Below, piece after piece: positions 11,201-26,143 of a DNA stretch of 64,000 nucleotides. The stretch is from contig NW_002060949.1 of NCBI RefSeq assembly GCF_000150275.1, forward strand, positions 2,229,836 to 2,293,835. The letters are read 5' to 3'. The notes beneath the pieces are model-generated. The model did no database searches. It saw only the letters and a list, made by a program, of their open reading frames with translations, and was not told the origin of the DNA. A program made the translations under genes and the position numbers. Every line of letters begins with the position of its first letter. The stretch's first letter is position 1. This DNA is from Trichoplax adhaerens (Eukaryota > Animalia > Placozoa).

Positions 11201-14200
11201 TGTAGACGTAATATAACCATTGTTATTTCTAATTAAGAGAGGAGTAAGTGAAGATAGCGTTTCTAATTAAGGATAACAAATATGATAAGTCTACCGTACA
11301 TATTTGAATTCATTATTATCAATTACATCTGTTAAGAGTATGTGCTGATCACACAGAACGATCTATTTGCTACAGTACTATATACGATAAAGTTAAAATG
11401 CTACTACCCTCACCATTCTTGTAATCATCAATTAATTTATTTTTATAGCAGTTTCTGTCAATATTGAAGGTATTATCCAGATATTATAAATTAATGGCTT
11501 GATTGCAGTTGTAGGATACTACTAGCTAAGACAATGAATACTGAGAAGAAAGAAATATCGATAATAACAGTACTTGAGAGAGAAAAATCAAAAGAATTTA
11601 AAATCACTGTGGAAGTAAATCATCTGAGTCCATCTATCTTGCTTGCCGGAAAATACCGTCATTTTTTTAGCATTGCTGATAATGATAGGATGCTTATTCA
11701 ATTGTTAAATAAAACGAAGGTATTGATTTGAATTGATGCTATGGCTAGAGCCGAATATTACAACAGGATAGTATTTTATCAGTTAGTTATATTTCAGAAC
11801 TAAAGATGCACAGTTGACGATAATTTTGCTACCATGGTGATAATCGTCAAAACAATAACCAGTAAAACTAGATAGAATATCCAATATTTAAGTCTAAACA
11901 TATACTGTGTAGCGTATAAATATACAAACACACGTATATGTAGATAAATCTATTTTACTTTTACAGTAATTTAATTTGCTATTGTAGCTTTCTTATTCTA
12001 TTGATTTTTATGCAATCGACATCTATAAAATAATGCGGCAGTTTCTCCTTCCTAATAAAAAATAATTTGAATTTTTTTGTTTTTCAGTTCATTTATTACG
12101 TTGTTATTGCGGTAAATAGATCAAAATTGATTTTGATCATAAGATCTTGTCTATTTTTAAAAGCATATTAAGGCTAAAAAGTAAAATATCATGACTACAC
12201 CTCTCTATACTCAATATAATATCGATTTATTGCTGTAGCACTATCTTGATAAAGTCTCTAACCATATTCTAAAGCAAGACCACGAAAGTGAAAGTGAATA
12301 TAATAATAATCCATTATCCTTCGATTGAACCAGGGGAAATAGTGAATAGTACGTATGATGTAAAGATACATGATATGAAGTATCGCACAATCATTTACTC
12401 GACTATTGGATATTAGCAATAGTCTATTTTAATTAAATGATACAATCAACGATATTCATATTCAGAGAAAAATGATTCATTAATTCTTTCACAATAAATA
12501 GATTGACTAGTTATAAAAAAATTCGTCCGGTGACGTTAATATGGATTACAATAATACAATCATTTATTGTTATGATAAAAGTTGGACAATAATGAATTAT
12601 TATAATCATATCATAATCGCAACGACATTGTATTTAGTACATGTTACCAGTTTCTATTAGGTCATTAAATTATTAAGGGCTAACTGATCATATGTTTTCT
12701 TTCACTCCTTTTATCGTAATTCAACAGAATATTATTCATTAATGCTACAGATTATCCATGTTAAGATCGCTAAGATAAAATTTTAGGAATCAACACTACT
12801 AACTTCGTTACAAACCGAGTAAATAGAAAAAAGTGAACATGACTTTGATTATATGAAAGTTAATGGACTACAATCAGGGCATACTTTTTATACAAATTTA
12901 TCCTATTAATTATGGCAATCTATGCACTCAATGAAGTATAGAAAATAAACAAGCAAATTTATAAAAATACTACCAACAGAGGAAAAATCTAGATCAGGAT
13001 ATTCTTTGTATCTTTGATGGAAAAAAAAAAGAAAATTTCATTGGATCGTTAATTAAAACATAAATCAGAGTCATTGCTATAAGTATAATTTAACGTAAAT
13101 GTAATTTAATCTCATTTAAGAAATGAATCATTATTTCCCTTTATATCTACATTTATGAATCCTTGTTGTTTTGGTACTAGCCGTATAAGTTATAGCTGTA
13201 GTCAGTGGTGGTAAGTGAAAGCTCTTCTATGATCATACACGTAACTATTTTATTAACGTAACAATTTTGTTGATTTATAATTAGTTCAATGTTGCTGTTA
13301 TCAGCATAGTTCTTGCGAGAATGATCTAATGTTATCGGATTGCTTCTAATAGAGATACAGTCAGACACGATATCACTGTCCTATTTTATAAAAAATCAAC
13401 TTTAAAATGAACCACTGTTATTGCTTATATACTGTAATATGCATATGCAACTTCTATGAACCATATGCGACACTCTTTCATTCAATATAATCTATCGGAT
13501 AGCAAGTAGAATAAAGTCATCATTGACTATTGAATCGATTGCTACTTGTATTAATAAGCAAGGTCTATTAATAATATGTCGGCACTTGCTGATTAATAAG
13601 TCAGTCAACAACAATCGCATTTACAGAACTAAATAAATGAATAATAGATCAAACTGCTATTAACTAACTGAATATGGACAATTGAACGTTGCCGCACCAA
13701 CGATACTTGAGTAAAATTAAGCATAGAAAGAATCAATTAACTAATTATCTATTCTTTCAATTTAATAATTCATTAGCTGTTCTATAGACAACGTTTTTTT
13801 ACAAGATGTCGAGAACAGTAGCGACGAAAATCAATAAAAATGTAAACACCAATTCTTCATCAGTCATTAAAGGATAATATAGACGGTATACTTTTTCATT
13901 TTCTGCGTAAGTAACAACAAATAAGTTAACCAATTTAAACGATAACGGAACGTACATTTTTATATTATCGCAGTTATAATGAAGCAATATCAATAAAAGT
14001 AGTTAGTGGTTACTCTTCATTGATGGTATATTGGCAGGAGTAACGATGAAAACAGCTGATGATCGATGTAATTCATACATTGTTAATGTAATATTAGAAC
14101 ATTTTATATTGATAATGGTACTATCGTATATCAAAGTTTGCCTATGAATAGCGATTCTTAGAGGTCAACAGACTATTATTTTCATATTAGTAAACATAGG

Positions 14201-17200
14201 TAGCCTATTCTTTTGTATTTATGTGACGATACTACTGTATTTCTGTGCATAAATACGTATCCACCATTTCTCATATAGTACTATCACATTTAAAAAAATA
14301 AAATTTATGAGATGCTTGCCCTATTTGAACAATCAACAAAGTCATCTTAATCATAACGAACATATTGCTTGAAGGAGTTTCACATGTTATTGTAATTTTA
14401 ATTAGAGTAAAGCGCTAAAACATCTCATTGAGAATTAATCATGCGATACATGATCGCAATATACCCGTAATATTCATGCTTTAGAAACAATGTCGTATAA
14501 TGATGAAATAACTAATCAATAGGTATTTATGATATTTTACCATAAAATTACATTATCAATAGATTTAATTAGTATGATGTTATTTCGGTAGATCTCTTGG
14601 AACTTTTTGCTTGTTCCCCCCCCCATATCAATATATCAATATTGCATAATACTAATGGAATAATTTCATTCTAGCCAGGGCAATGACCAATTAATACTAT
14701 GGATTTATATATAGATAACCAATCTCAGGCAAAAGTAAATAAATTCGATGTACAAGTAACATTATATAATAAGTAAAGGTAATTCATAGCTTATTCTATA
14801 TACCGTACGGATCGAAAGTAACATTAATGAATCATTCTTCAAATCATTTATGACATAATAGAGAATATGTCGTATTGATGGTGTTTATTCATATGATTAC
14901 TTGAAATAATACAGCGCGTAGACTCTACTTAGACAACCTGAACAATCAAGAGATTTATTCATAAAATAAATAAATAAAATAAAATGAGTTTCTATCTAAT
15001 TATTTTATCATATGTACTAACATATTACTCAATTGAATTACTTTCATTTCGTAAAAAACAATCAATTATGCACATAAAACGTTGGAAATAGAAAGAATTT
15101 GTAGTTTTAGACGCAACTGGATGAAGTAGAGCATGATATTGCTTATTTACTCTTTGATATGAATGTTAATCAACCTAAACTTAAGCTAGTAGGCTTGAAA
15201 AACATTATCATCTTAAGCGAATAACTACCATCATCAACTTAAAAATAATTTATAAGACGAGAATGTTATCTTCTATTTCAATAAATCAAATAACTAATTG
15301 ATATTGACCAAGTATAATTTATAATGACGACTAGGAACTTGGAAATGACCTCATTCATGTATTGAAATCGCCCTGCTAGTGTCGATATCATACGCATACG
15401 GAAATTAACATTTTACTCTTCTACGGAAGATATTTAATGACCATAGACGACGCTAGACTAGAAAGAAGAAAAGAGTAATGAATTGACACCTCGCTGTTGA
15501 CAATTCTGTTATCAATAACTAGAAAGATAATATGACAACAAGTTACTTCACAATTTACTGGAAATTGGCCATGAGCATAAGTCATCTTTTAAGGACAATG
15601 ACTATATTAGACAATATTACTTGGAGAAGGACGCCTACGCTAATGGCAATTAAACGCATCCATTGATTCTATTTTGGCATCTTTGAACACTATCTTCCTT
15701 GTTCATCATCTGCTTGTAAATAGGAAACATAATCTAGTCGTTGTCAAGGAATATGACAATTAGCACAAACAATACTATCTCAACTATCAAGCCAGTAATA
15801 TTGAGTTGGTATGACTTACTTTTAGACTGAAAGGGTTTACAGCCCTTTCTTTTCATCATTGTAACTTGATATCCATTTTATTTTGTTTAATAATACCTAT
15901 GTAATTGGACACCATATTGCTTTTTAAGGCAAGAATAGAATTCTCTTGTAGCATCTTATTGTTGAGCAATCAGTGTTTTGCTCTTTTTAAAAAATACATC
16001 TACATAAGACCTAGACTAGCTATTTCTTTCCACTTTTAGTGCTCTTTGGATACTATAAAATACTGAGATTAGTTGTGATATTGATTGGAGATAAACAAGT
16101 ATTGTTTCGATTTTAATTTTTTTCCAATGAAGAACCATTCTATAACTACTGTACTAGGATTAGAATACAACATACTGAACTAAAGTAATAGGATGAATTC
16201 TCATTTTCTTAGCAAGAGGCATAGCCTTAAAAATGGATGACATCATGGCTATTATGAAAAATAGAATTTAGATGAAGTTATTATCTACTACCAATAAGTT
16301 ATTGCAGTCACGCTATAAATATAAATGATATAGTTAATAGTTTAACTCAAAATTGGCTTACGAGGAGAAAAAAAGGCATCATAAAATTGAAAAAAATACC
16401 TATGCCACCTGATGGTATTGAAAGTTATAATATTAACAGAAGGTAGTAGAGATTGCTGTGCAAGCATATTACTCTACTAGGCTCAACATGAACAAAATAG
16501 AAAGAAAGAAGAAGAAAAATAGTCTATAATTTGTAATCTAATAATATTCTAATCGTCTTTTTACTAAAAGTAATTATTAAAATAAAAAAATAACAATAAT
16601 AGTACTAATAACATTTAAAAAAAATACTTTCATTTATGATTCATATATAATATAAAAATAGATGTCTATTGATACCCTAAAGATATTTTTCCATTCCACT
16701 CATCCTAGTGCTCATGTGTTACTAATCGAGTTATTTTAAAGACGTCATAAGCTGTCGAGAATATTATTGGCTAAAAAATATGTAGCCTTTACTCTAATGA
16801 TACTACCACGTCAAGTGACAGCTGTATGAACTATTCTACATCATGATTGCACTGCTATACTCCTTATGAACTGGTTATAACATTGAATAAAAATTCTCTG
16901 ATATATGTATACTACCATGTTGTCATCTTATTTCCTTTCTATTTGATGCATTTAATTCTACTTCATAGAATGCCTTCAAGCATCACATTTCTTCTTCCGA
17001 TATCGTCATTATATCAAGTAGTAATTTGTTGTGATGTACTATATTTAGAACTAATATTGAAAAGATAGCAAATTTCCTACTATTCTCAAAACGATTATCG
17101 GCTAGTTTACCCAACCCGAAAAGTATACGGTACGACTAACAATTTAGTAGATAGAAGAAATGTTCAAGTAGATTCATAGTATTATACTATACGTTAAATG

Positions 17201-20200
17201 CGTATGGTGGCTAGAAGCTGCTCCGATTCCAATCTGTTTGAACTATTCTCTACTTTGCCATACCATAAAAATGATGATTAGAATATTTCCTTTTCTCATA
17301 TTTAAAATTCATCATTCTTGCAGCATTTCTATTATGGTAGTTGTGCATATGTTAAGGAACTTTAAAACAAATATATCTGGATAATGTTGTGTTTCCTAGA
17401 ACCGAAAGGGTTGTAGCTTTACAGCCCTTCTTCTACTGTACTATGATAAGATTATATATTGGCTCCACAAAATGGGTCCATTCGATTTTTATACTCAAAT
17501 AGCAGTAGTTTTACAGAGCGAAGATGTTGATAGTAAAGAGTACGCATATATTATTGAATAATAAGTTTCATAACAAATAACATTGGATAGCATTCTATTG
17601 AAAACTAAAAGAAATAAGAACACCGGAGACAGTCCAATTGTAATCAATGGATATCAAAGAGTAAAATGTTGGACAAATGGACAGATACGCTTTAAGCATT
17701 CTATGCTAAGTAATAACTGATATCCGGAATACGGTAGTCCTGTAACAGTTTTAACATAAAAAAGACGTCATTGATATTACATCAATAGCATAATCCGATT
17801 TGTGTACATATTTGATTGAGTCTTTCAAACAATGTTAATACAGAAAATACGTTGAAACTCAAGATGTATCTGCTTTTCGATTACGATTGATCATAAGTCA
17901 AGAGCGGGTTAAAACTTTCTAACCGTCTTCTATTATCCAAATTATGAGTATTTACCTATTTCACCCATCATTTAGGTGAAATCTTTTATAGCCTGCCGGC
18001 ATGTAATGTTGTTTTCTATGGATTACAAATGAAAACGTGCTTTCAATACGAACTGTATTGAAATAGAATTGATCAGCCTAACTAATAATGGTATTCTGTA
18101 CATCTTGGAATTATGTAAACATGGCACTGATTCTACGAGAAGTAACTTGATTATTGATTGGAGATATTCAGTAAAGATAATACTTAAAGTTAGATTATAA
18201 TATTAATATTGAATGTAGCGTTCTATTCTTATGATGCTAACTAGGACTGGGCTATCAATCGCGGCATATTTTGGCCCTTCATCAATCATAATAGCGATTG
18301 CATTAACTTTTTCATTTATTCCATTTTTAGTCTTGACTTATGGCGATAGTTGTAGCTATTCGTAGTCAAGATGTCCACATATCTAGTGTCATAGCCTTCC
18401 TATTTACAGAAAGTTGCATTGATACTTCTATGTTTTCTAGTGCATAATAGATGATACTAAGTAACTATTGATTTTTTATTGCAAACTGGACAGTAGCCAT
18501 CATAATATACAATCATATTAAAAATTGGGGGGGGGGGGATTACGTTCCTTCGATTTTTTAATGCTGTAAACATCTCAAGTAAACGTTCATACAAAAGACA
18601 ATCAAAAACAAGGATCTGCCCAATTTTATACGTAAATGGCTTCTTTAATTGATTATGATAAATCATTTTGCAGAAATCGAATTTCCTGTCTCATATTTCT
18701 TTCCGAGAAACTTACATCAATAAATTAAATCAACCGTAATTATGATTTTTCATTTTTTCTAATCTGTTTACGTTAATCATGTGAGACTCTTCATTATGTA
18801 ATAAGTACTCTTTCATGAACCAAATTTGGGAAAAATTGGATGTTATAACAAGAGTAAAAATAAAAGATTGCTAATATCAGCTGGCGAATTTTAAATTGTT
18901 AAATATACAAATACAATTCTCAAAAGATTTAGATGAAAGCTATTATAGATATTGTCAGTCAAAGTATACACATATATATATAGGTTAACATATATATATA
19001 TATAGTTTATACCTAATCATTTCGCTAGCATACTTAGATTAAATACTGATTATATATGTATAATAAACTGTTTATACTACTTATACTCTATAGAGTATCA
19101 AATTTTCTTAACTGTCGTGATCTAACTATCCTTAATGCTACTGTAGCGTAGTTATTATTGCTTAGTGTACATTAGTAGTCCTATATATTGCAATGTACAG
19201 AATGTGATCATCTTACAAAGATTAATACAACAGATGAGATAGTATCTGTCCCATGATAACATCTCAAAAATGCTTAGCTTATCCTAGAATATCTTTGCGG
19301 ACCATAATTACGGTACGGGTAAATCTGAATTTTGACTACAGTATAGAATTATATTGTCAACTTGGTGGAATCGTTTTTTGATAGATCAATTCTACAATGA
19401 TATTAATCATTCAATGATAGTTGCTATAGTTAATCCTTTCTCCTAATATATAAAAGCAGCACTTAAATCATAACTCAATCCAAATTCTATTGTAGTATCG
19501 CCCAAGACTGGAAGCAGTTTGACCTAAAGAGTAGGATCTTGGGAGCTCATCTAAACAGGACAAAAACTGTAACCTAATGAAATAATATCCCATCTTCGAA
19601 AATTGTATTAAATAATTTATAGTAATTGAATTTAAACTATCAATGAGGCTATTGACAAGTAAGAGGGCCTACTTGAGGATCGTATCTACGAAATAATTAT
19701 TATTTTTAAAGTTTATTGGAAATTTGTTTGTTTAATAACTAATCGTAATTTGATAATGTAGGTAGGATACAGACTTTGTAGTTTGTTAACATTAAGGCAA
19801 CATAGTTATTATCGTCTCACCCGGTATTTTTTGTCTATATTGGTTATCTTTTTACTGTCTAATCTAACTTATTCTCTGATTACTAGTAATTTACCGTAAA
19901 CATCTATTATTATCATTTACTAAAAATTGAACTCTTGAAATAGGCCTTTTTAATATCCTTAATTATTAATTAGAAACCACCACCTTTTTCCGCGAAATAG
20001 CGTAGCAAATTATTCCCATAAATATCAATTATCATTCTAAACTTATTTGTATCAAATAGTACTAGTACTCTTATCTAGCTATAATTAAAATATCTCGTTT
20101 TTATCAATAATGATTGGCATAATGCAATGTATATTACATCAGTTCTTGAATTGCCTACGACCACCATCAATTTTTAATATTCTAGAAATAGTAGCGATCT

Positions 20201-23200
20201 AACGAAGCCATGCTAATTGTTCTCCCTATTAAATTATTCAATAAAGGCTAAAAATTAAGCTAACATTATCCATCGATATGCTAAGTAGCTATAATGACTA
20301 TGATCTCTTTCCTATCTTTGACAATAATCACTTATTTGCAATGGTACAGTAGATGCAATGGAAGAATTATGACCCATCATTTCATTTACAAATTATTAGT
20401 AACTATAAACTTTAATTAATTGAATGATTAAAGGTATTTTAACCGGCAAATACATTAGTAATAGCTGACAATAAAATTAGAAATTATTTTTAATTTTGTA
20501 CCAATAAAGCGCCATATAGTATTCTGTAATGATTATGTTTCTATTTATCTCTCTTTGCTGTTAAGAAAACTGTAAGCGATCTTTAAATTTTATCTTAAGT
20601 TCTCTTCTACGTTACTATAATGTTTCATAATAGCTCCAAGAAGTATCGGCCTTGTTAGCGTTTTAATACAAAATAAAGCATCCATCATAATAGATTACTG
20701 AATGCTTAACTATGCTATGAAAGTTGCATATGGTCTTATCCTTAATGTATACATTAGGCTATTGATAGTAGCCCGTAATACCAGTAAGTTAATTAGAAAA
20801 TAGTATTACGTACTGCATCTTGAATAATTACCATAATATTTATCGTTATTGATATATAATATATTACATATGAGATTGAATTCTAGGACCCCGAAATAAT
20901 TTTACGCGTTCCCTATCATATACTTGCATATGCAATATTTGTATATAACATGTAAAATTTATCATAGGGTATGAAATCTTCATTACTATACTACTTTAGA
21001 GGTATCTCTTAGACATGATAGTCAAGTTTATCACTATATAGCTAGGGTTAAACGACATTACGCTTTCCATACGAAAATACAACATGTAAGCATGGAACAT
21101 TTGAAATATTTAAAGAATATCTTACCGTACAAAGAGATATACATGATTTTTGTGTGCTATGTACTCGTATTTGTAACAGAAGCAATGATTCATGATAGAA
21201 TTAGCATTCTATTGCATGTTATGAGCAGCAAATTTCATTAGCAAAAGGAAGACGATAATGCTTGAATAGTTTACCGAACATTATATGATCAGCTCAGGCT
21301 TAATGAATTAATCACTTACTGATCCTTTATTATAAATACATTATATCTAATATTTAAAATTTATTACTATCCAGCCAAATACCCGAAGATATTGCTTAAA
21401 GAGTGAACAGTAAAGAGTATCATGTATAACATTTGAGTGCAATATTTAAACTTTATTATAATATAATCATATGTACGTTAGGTATGGAACAAGATCACAG
21501 GCGTATGTATCCTTATAATGACAAATTAGCGATATATTTGGAGGAGTCATAGTTAACAAGCAGCAAAATTTATCAATAGAAGATAATCAACCGCGTAAAT
21601 AAAGCGGTTTAAGTAATTGGCCTGCTATTATGGCAAGAGCAGTAAATAAAATTTTGCAACGAACAGGCAGTGCTTTAATCTTCGTCACTAGCAGTGTACA
21701 TAAAACGATGTTATGTACCTTGTATTATACGTTATATTTTATGCGATTGTTAAATAATTTAGACATAATATTCGAAAGTTATTACATAGCAGCCTCGTAT
21801 AGAGATGCTAAGTAAATCATCTATAGTAATAGTAATAGGCAATCTTCAGTAGAAAGTTTTATTACTTGACAAGAATGATAATGGATTGCAGGTGATACTT
21901 AAACTAGTGACCACGTAAAGTAACTTGATGTAGAACGATAACATAGATTTCATACTACACAATGTATTATATCTTAAAATCAATTACAATATAACTATAT
22001 GTAGTTAATCTTTACTGCGCCATATGCATTATTTCATTTATAAAATTTGGAATGGATGATTTTATAAAATATTCTTGCTTCTCCTTTACTACGCTATATA
22101 ATATGCTTGAAATATGATCTTAAAATTTTTCTTCAAGCATATATTTTTCAATTTGGGTGCAATAACTATCATAGAATTCACGGTTCATTAAAAAAATGGC
22201 ATACACATCATATAAATCATTAGCAATTTGACGATGACCTCTCATTATAGTTTCTATCAAGCCTTATAACAGTTACAGTAAATCACAAAAAATTCATATT
22301 TTTACAGAGTTCAAGGCTTATATATAGCAAAATTAATTGAACATTATGTATAAATAGTACGTATAATGGAATACTTGGACTAAATAACTATTTACATATT
22401 AATTTTGAGATCTTAGATACCATATAGGCGATTTAAGATGGTGTTATGATAATAGCTATAAACTTCAAAGCTTACTTACTATTAAAACTACTCTAACCAA
22501 AGCTCTATGTAATAGAAGATGATGAAGCTAACACTGTTTTACAACAAATATAAAGAGCAGATAAGAATATCATGGCTGCAATTATTACTGAGACAGACGT
22601 TTATTTAATCCAAGGTGAGATGCCTGTCTGTGCTAAAAGAGTATTAATTATACTATAGATTATTCAATTCTGTCAAATCTGAAGTTTTTATTGCAAGTAT
22701 AATGGATTTGTATCCATATACGTATATCTATGTTTATAAATTTTATGATTATTGTTAATATTGTATCTTAATCGCAAGGACACCAGGTCTCATCAATTAG
22801 ATTGTTCCACTTGATGAAAATGAAGGACAGTAAGGAAATCTTTCCCACAATGCAAAATATGAATCATTTGACTAATATTGTAGTATAGCTGTAAATAGAT
22901 CATATTTGGAGTTAGATTGTAAAATTTTTCATTGATTAATCACTACAGAGATGCAGGTAGTCTCTGACAGAAAAATTATTAATGTAATAAAGTAAAAATT
23001 TTCAAGGAATCAAAGTCGCACCTTATATTTGACTCTTTATATCATAAATATACTGCAGTGAGAGAGGACAGAAAACAGATCTTTTGCATGAATGATTAAA
23101 ATATATAATTATGAAATGCTTCACTTACTGCTGTCTACTTTATGAGCACTAACGCATACAAATGAGGGTAGCATAAAATGTATGTAATCATAGCATTCCA

Positions 23201-26143
23201 TGAATACCAACATTTAATGCACTGGCTACGTTCACTTCCCTACATACCAAATATATTTTGTAAACCAAACGTACTAAATAAGAAAGGAGAATAATTTTGT
23301 CAGCTTTTTGCATGTAGCAACACTATTGCAATCGCTATCTTGCCATATATACTCCTTAATGTTTGAGTAATGTTAATATCATTTCTAATTTACATGGCCA
23401 GATCATTACTGCACAGCTAATATTTCGTAATCAAATCAATGTATTCTATCCAGTTCAACGCAAATGTGCAAACTAAGAATTCGGGCTCCAAATCATACCT
23501 ACTTACGCGATAGCACATATTAAGGGTATTTAGGAATTTCTACATATTTTTCTGGATCAAGCATAAATAACTATCGATTACACTGTTTCAACGAAATAGT
23601 CCAACTGACGGGAAAAATCAGAGCGATTACAAGGTCTTAAAGTCTTACAGGAACTCACTATTGGCGAAGAGATTTCAACATTTCCGCTGCAGTATAGTTG
23701 ATATCTAATCGAGAACACGTCGCTTTATCAATCTATCAATATAAATTTAAAACAAAAGGAATTACTAACAGTCACCTTGTAACTTTTCAGCTACAATTTT
23801 ATATTGCTAGAAATTATTATTTACTCTTGAAGTCTGATTCAAAAATTTTCGGGGTAGTTCAGAAATAATTACGATTTTGGAATCGAATATTGCGCAGCAT
23901 ATTATAGTGTCACTACTGCACTTGAAGAAATAGCATAACCTATGTTGTCATTAGATAGCAGGATCATTATATCTCTGGCCGTTAAAATGCTAATCAAGGA
24001 ACATGAAGATACGATAGTGCAATCGTTTGATAATATGGATTGGAGTGACTGGAATATCTAATCATACTATGCAGCAACTATCGAAATCCATTTATCAAAT
24101 ATCAAGATAAAGCAAGTATATTGTTCCTGTTATTATCCCAGGATTGCTCAAATTGCTACAATAGATTAATATCTTTCATCTTACAGTACAACAGCTATAT
24201 GATATAAATATAATGAATTTAAAAATAGGGAGCTGGATATATTGCTATGAATTTTAGGGTGGTATATCAGTCTCCAAATATATCAATAAAAGATAGGTTA
24301 TCATCTCCTCCCTCTATTATTTGTATCAAGAGATTAATCTACTCATAAATTATATTGAATCTTGTTGTAGCTAATCAGAAATCGTTACTAACAATGTAGC
24401 AAAAGCAAACGAAAATTTATTTATTATCTGAGAATTGTTTTTATAATACCAATACATTTTTTAATGTCTAATCAAGAGAATATAACATTGGCGAAGATAA
24501 AGAACTGTTAAAGTCTAGCATTGTCATATGTAAGAACATTAATTATGATCATAAATGAAGAATATCAGAAAAATTTGAAGATGATGACAAAAATACAGAT
24601 CAGATCAAATTATGATTACGTCATTCTAGATGATAAAGCTTATTTTATATATCACATAATCACTTTATAAATGGATTAAGTGATACAATAATTGTCTATG
24701 TGGATTGTCATCTTCGTAAAATATTATAAGATAACGTCTTTAGCGTAAATTAAATTGAAGATGATCTCTAAGAGGTCTCATAAAATTATATCACAAACTT
24801 AATAAGATAAAAAGTTGAGATTGGATTTTACATTAGTCGATATACTTCATCATACAAACACAGAATAAACGATTATTTCGATTTTCTAAAGTTTTATAAA
24901 TATGTAAGCGTGAGTAGATAGATTTATGCAAGAACTGAATTACGTAGTATTCAGTTAACTTAAATTTTCTGACCTACTCTTAATTTATACGTATTGTACA
25001 TTGAAAATATAAGCTAGGTGTGATTGCTAATGAAACTAGACCTAGTATTTATCGATTACTTGAATAATGATTAATATACAAATGTATCCTTTCTAGGTTT
25101 ACTATAATAATTTTACTATTTACTTAACGAAATTATTCATTTTTTCATCCAGCTACTCATGGTTGATAACTTGATGATTTCCACTCTAATTATCATCTTC
25201 ATTACCAACTATATGGATAACGGATGTAAGTAATACAAGTTAAAATCTCAGATATATTATGTAAGTTGATTTACAGATATTATTTTCGTGGCATAAATAT
25301 TAAATAGGACAAATTGATAGATTGTTAGATCTTAATTTCTTGTGCTGTAATTATTTAACAATGTTTCGCGTAGCTAACAAGATGCAAATTCAATAAATAT
25401 TATCCAAAAAAAATTAATTTTGATGCTTTACTTTCCATTTACTCCTTGATCAGCTTCGTTTCCTTTACGAATTTCCATGCAATCTAGTTGAATATTTCGG
25501 CTTTACTTGCTACCTAGTGATCTACATAAGATCACTTCAGTGGCGATATCGTATTTCGCTCTAATTTTGCGAATACCAATTACACACAAATATAGATAAT
25601 TTAATTCCTTTAGATGTATATGTTACGATATACATTATATTAGCCGTTATTTCCATCGTCTATTCATGAAAATAGTCAATCAATTTTAACTTGTTCTGTT
25701 TTCTTTCAATATGTGATAAAACATCTCCTTCTCAACCGATTGCATATAAATTAATCATACTAACATTGGCTTGATTTATTTTATTTTGCATAGACGTCAC
25801 CAGTCTTGAAACACACCATAGTATCTTCAGTCTTAGCTAAGTTTCCAAGCTAGAAGGTTGATGATTTCTGATACGAATCATGCCAAATTATGGAATAATC
25901 AACATGAATGCTATTGAAGAGTCATTCTTGTGCATGCTTTCGAGCTTGCTTTAAAAGATTTTAGTTAGTGTCGCGAGTTCCTACCCAAAATAGATCATCC
26001 TATTGAAATTCATGGCCAAAATACTTGCATACATAAATATATTGTACATCTAAAATAATAACAATACTCTTTCATAGATCGCCTAACGTTGATCCAAGAC
26101 GTAGTAAAATTACCATAAAAGCACAAATTTTAAGACTACATTA

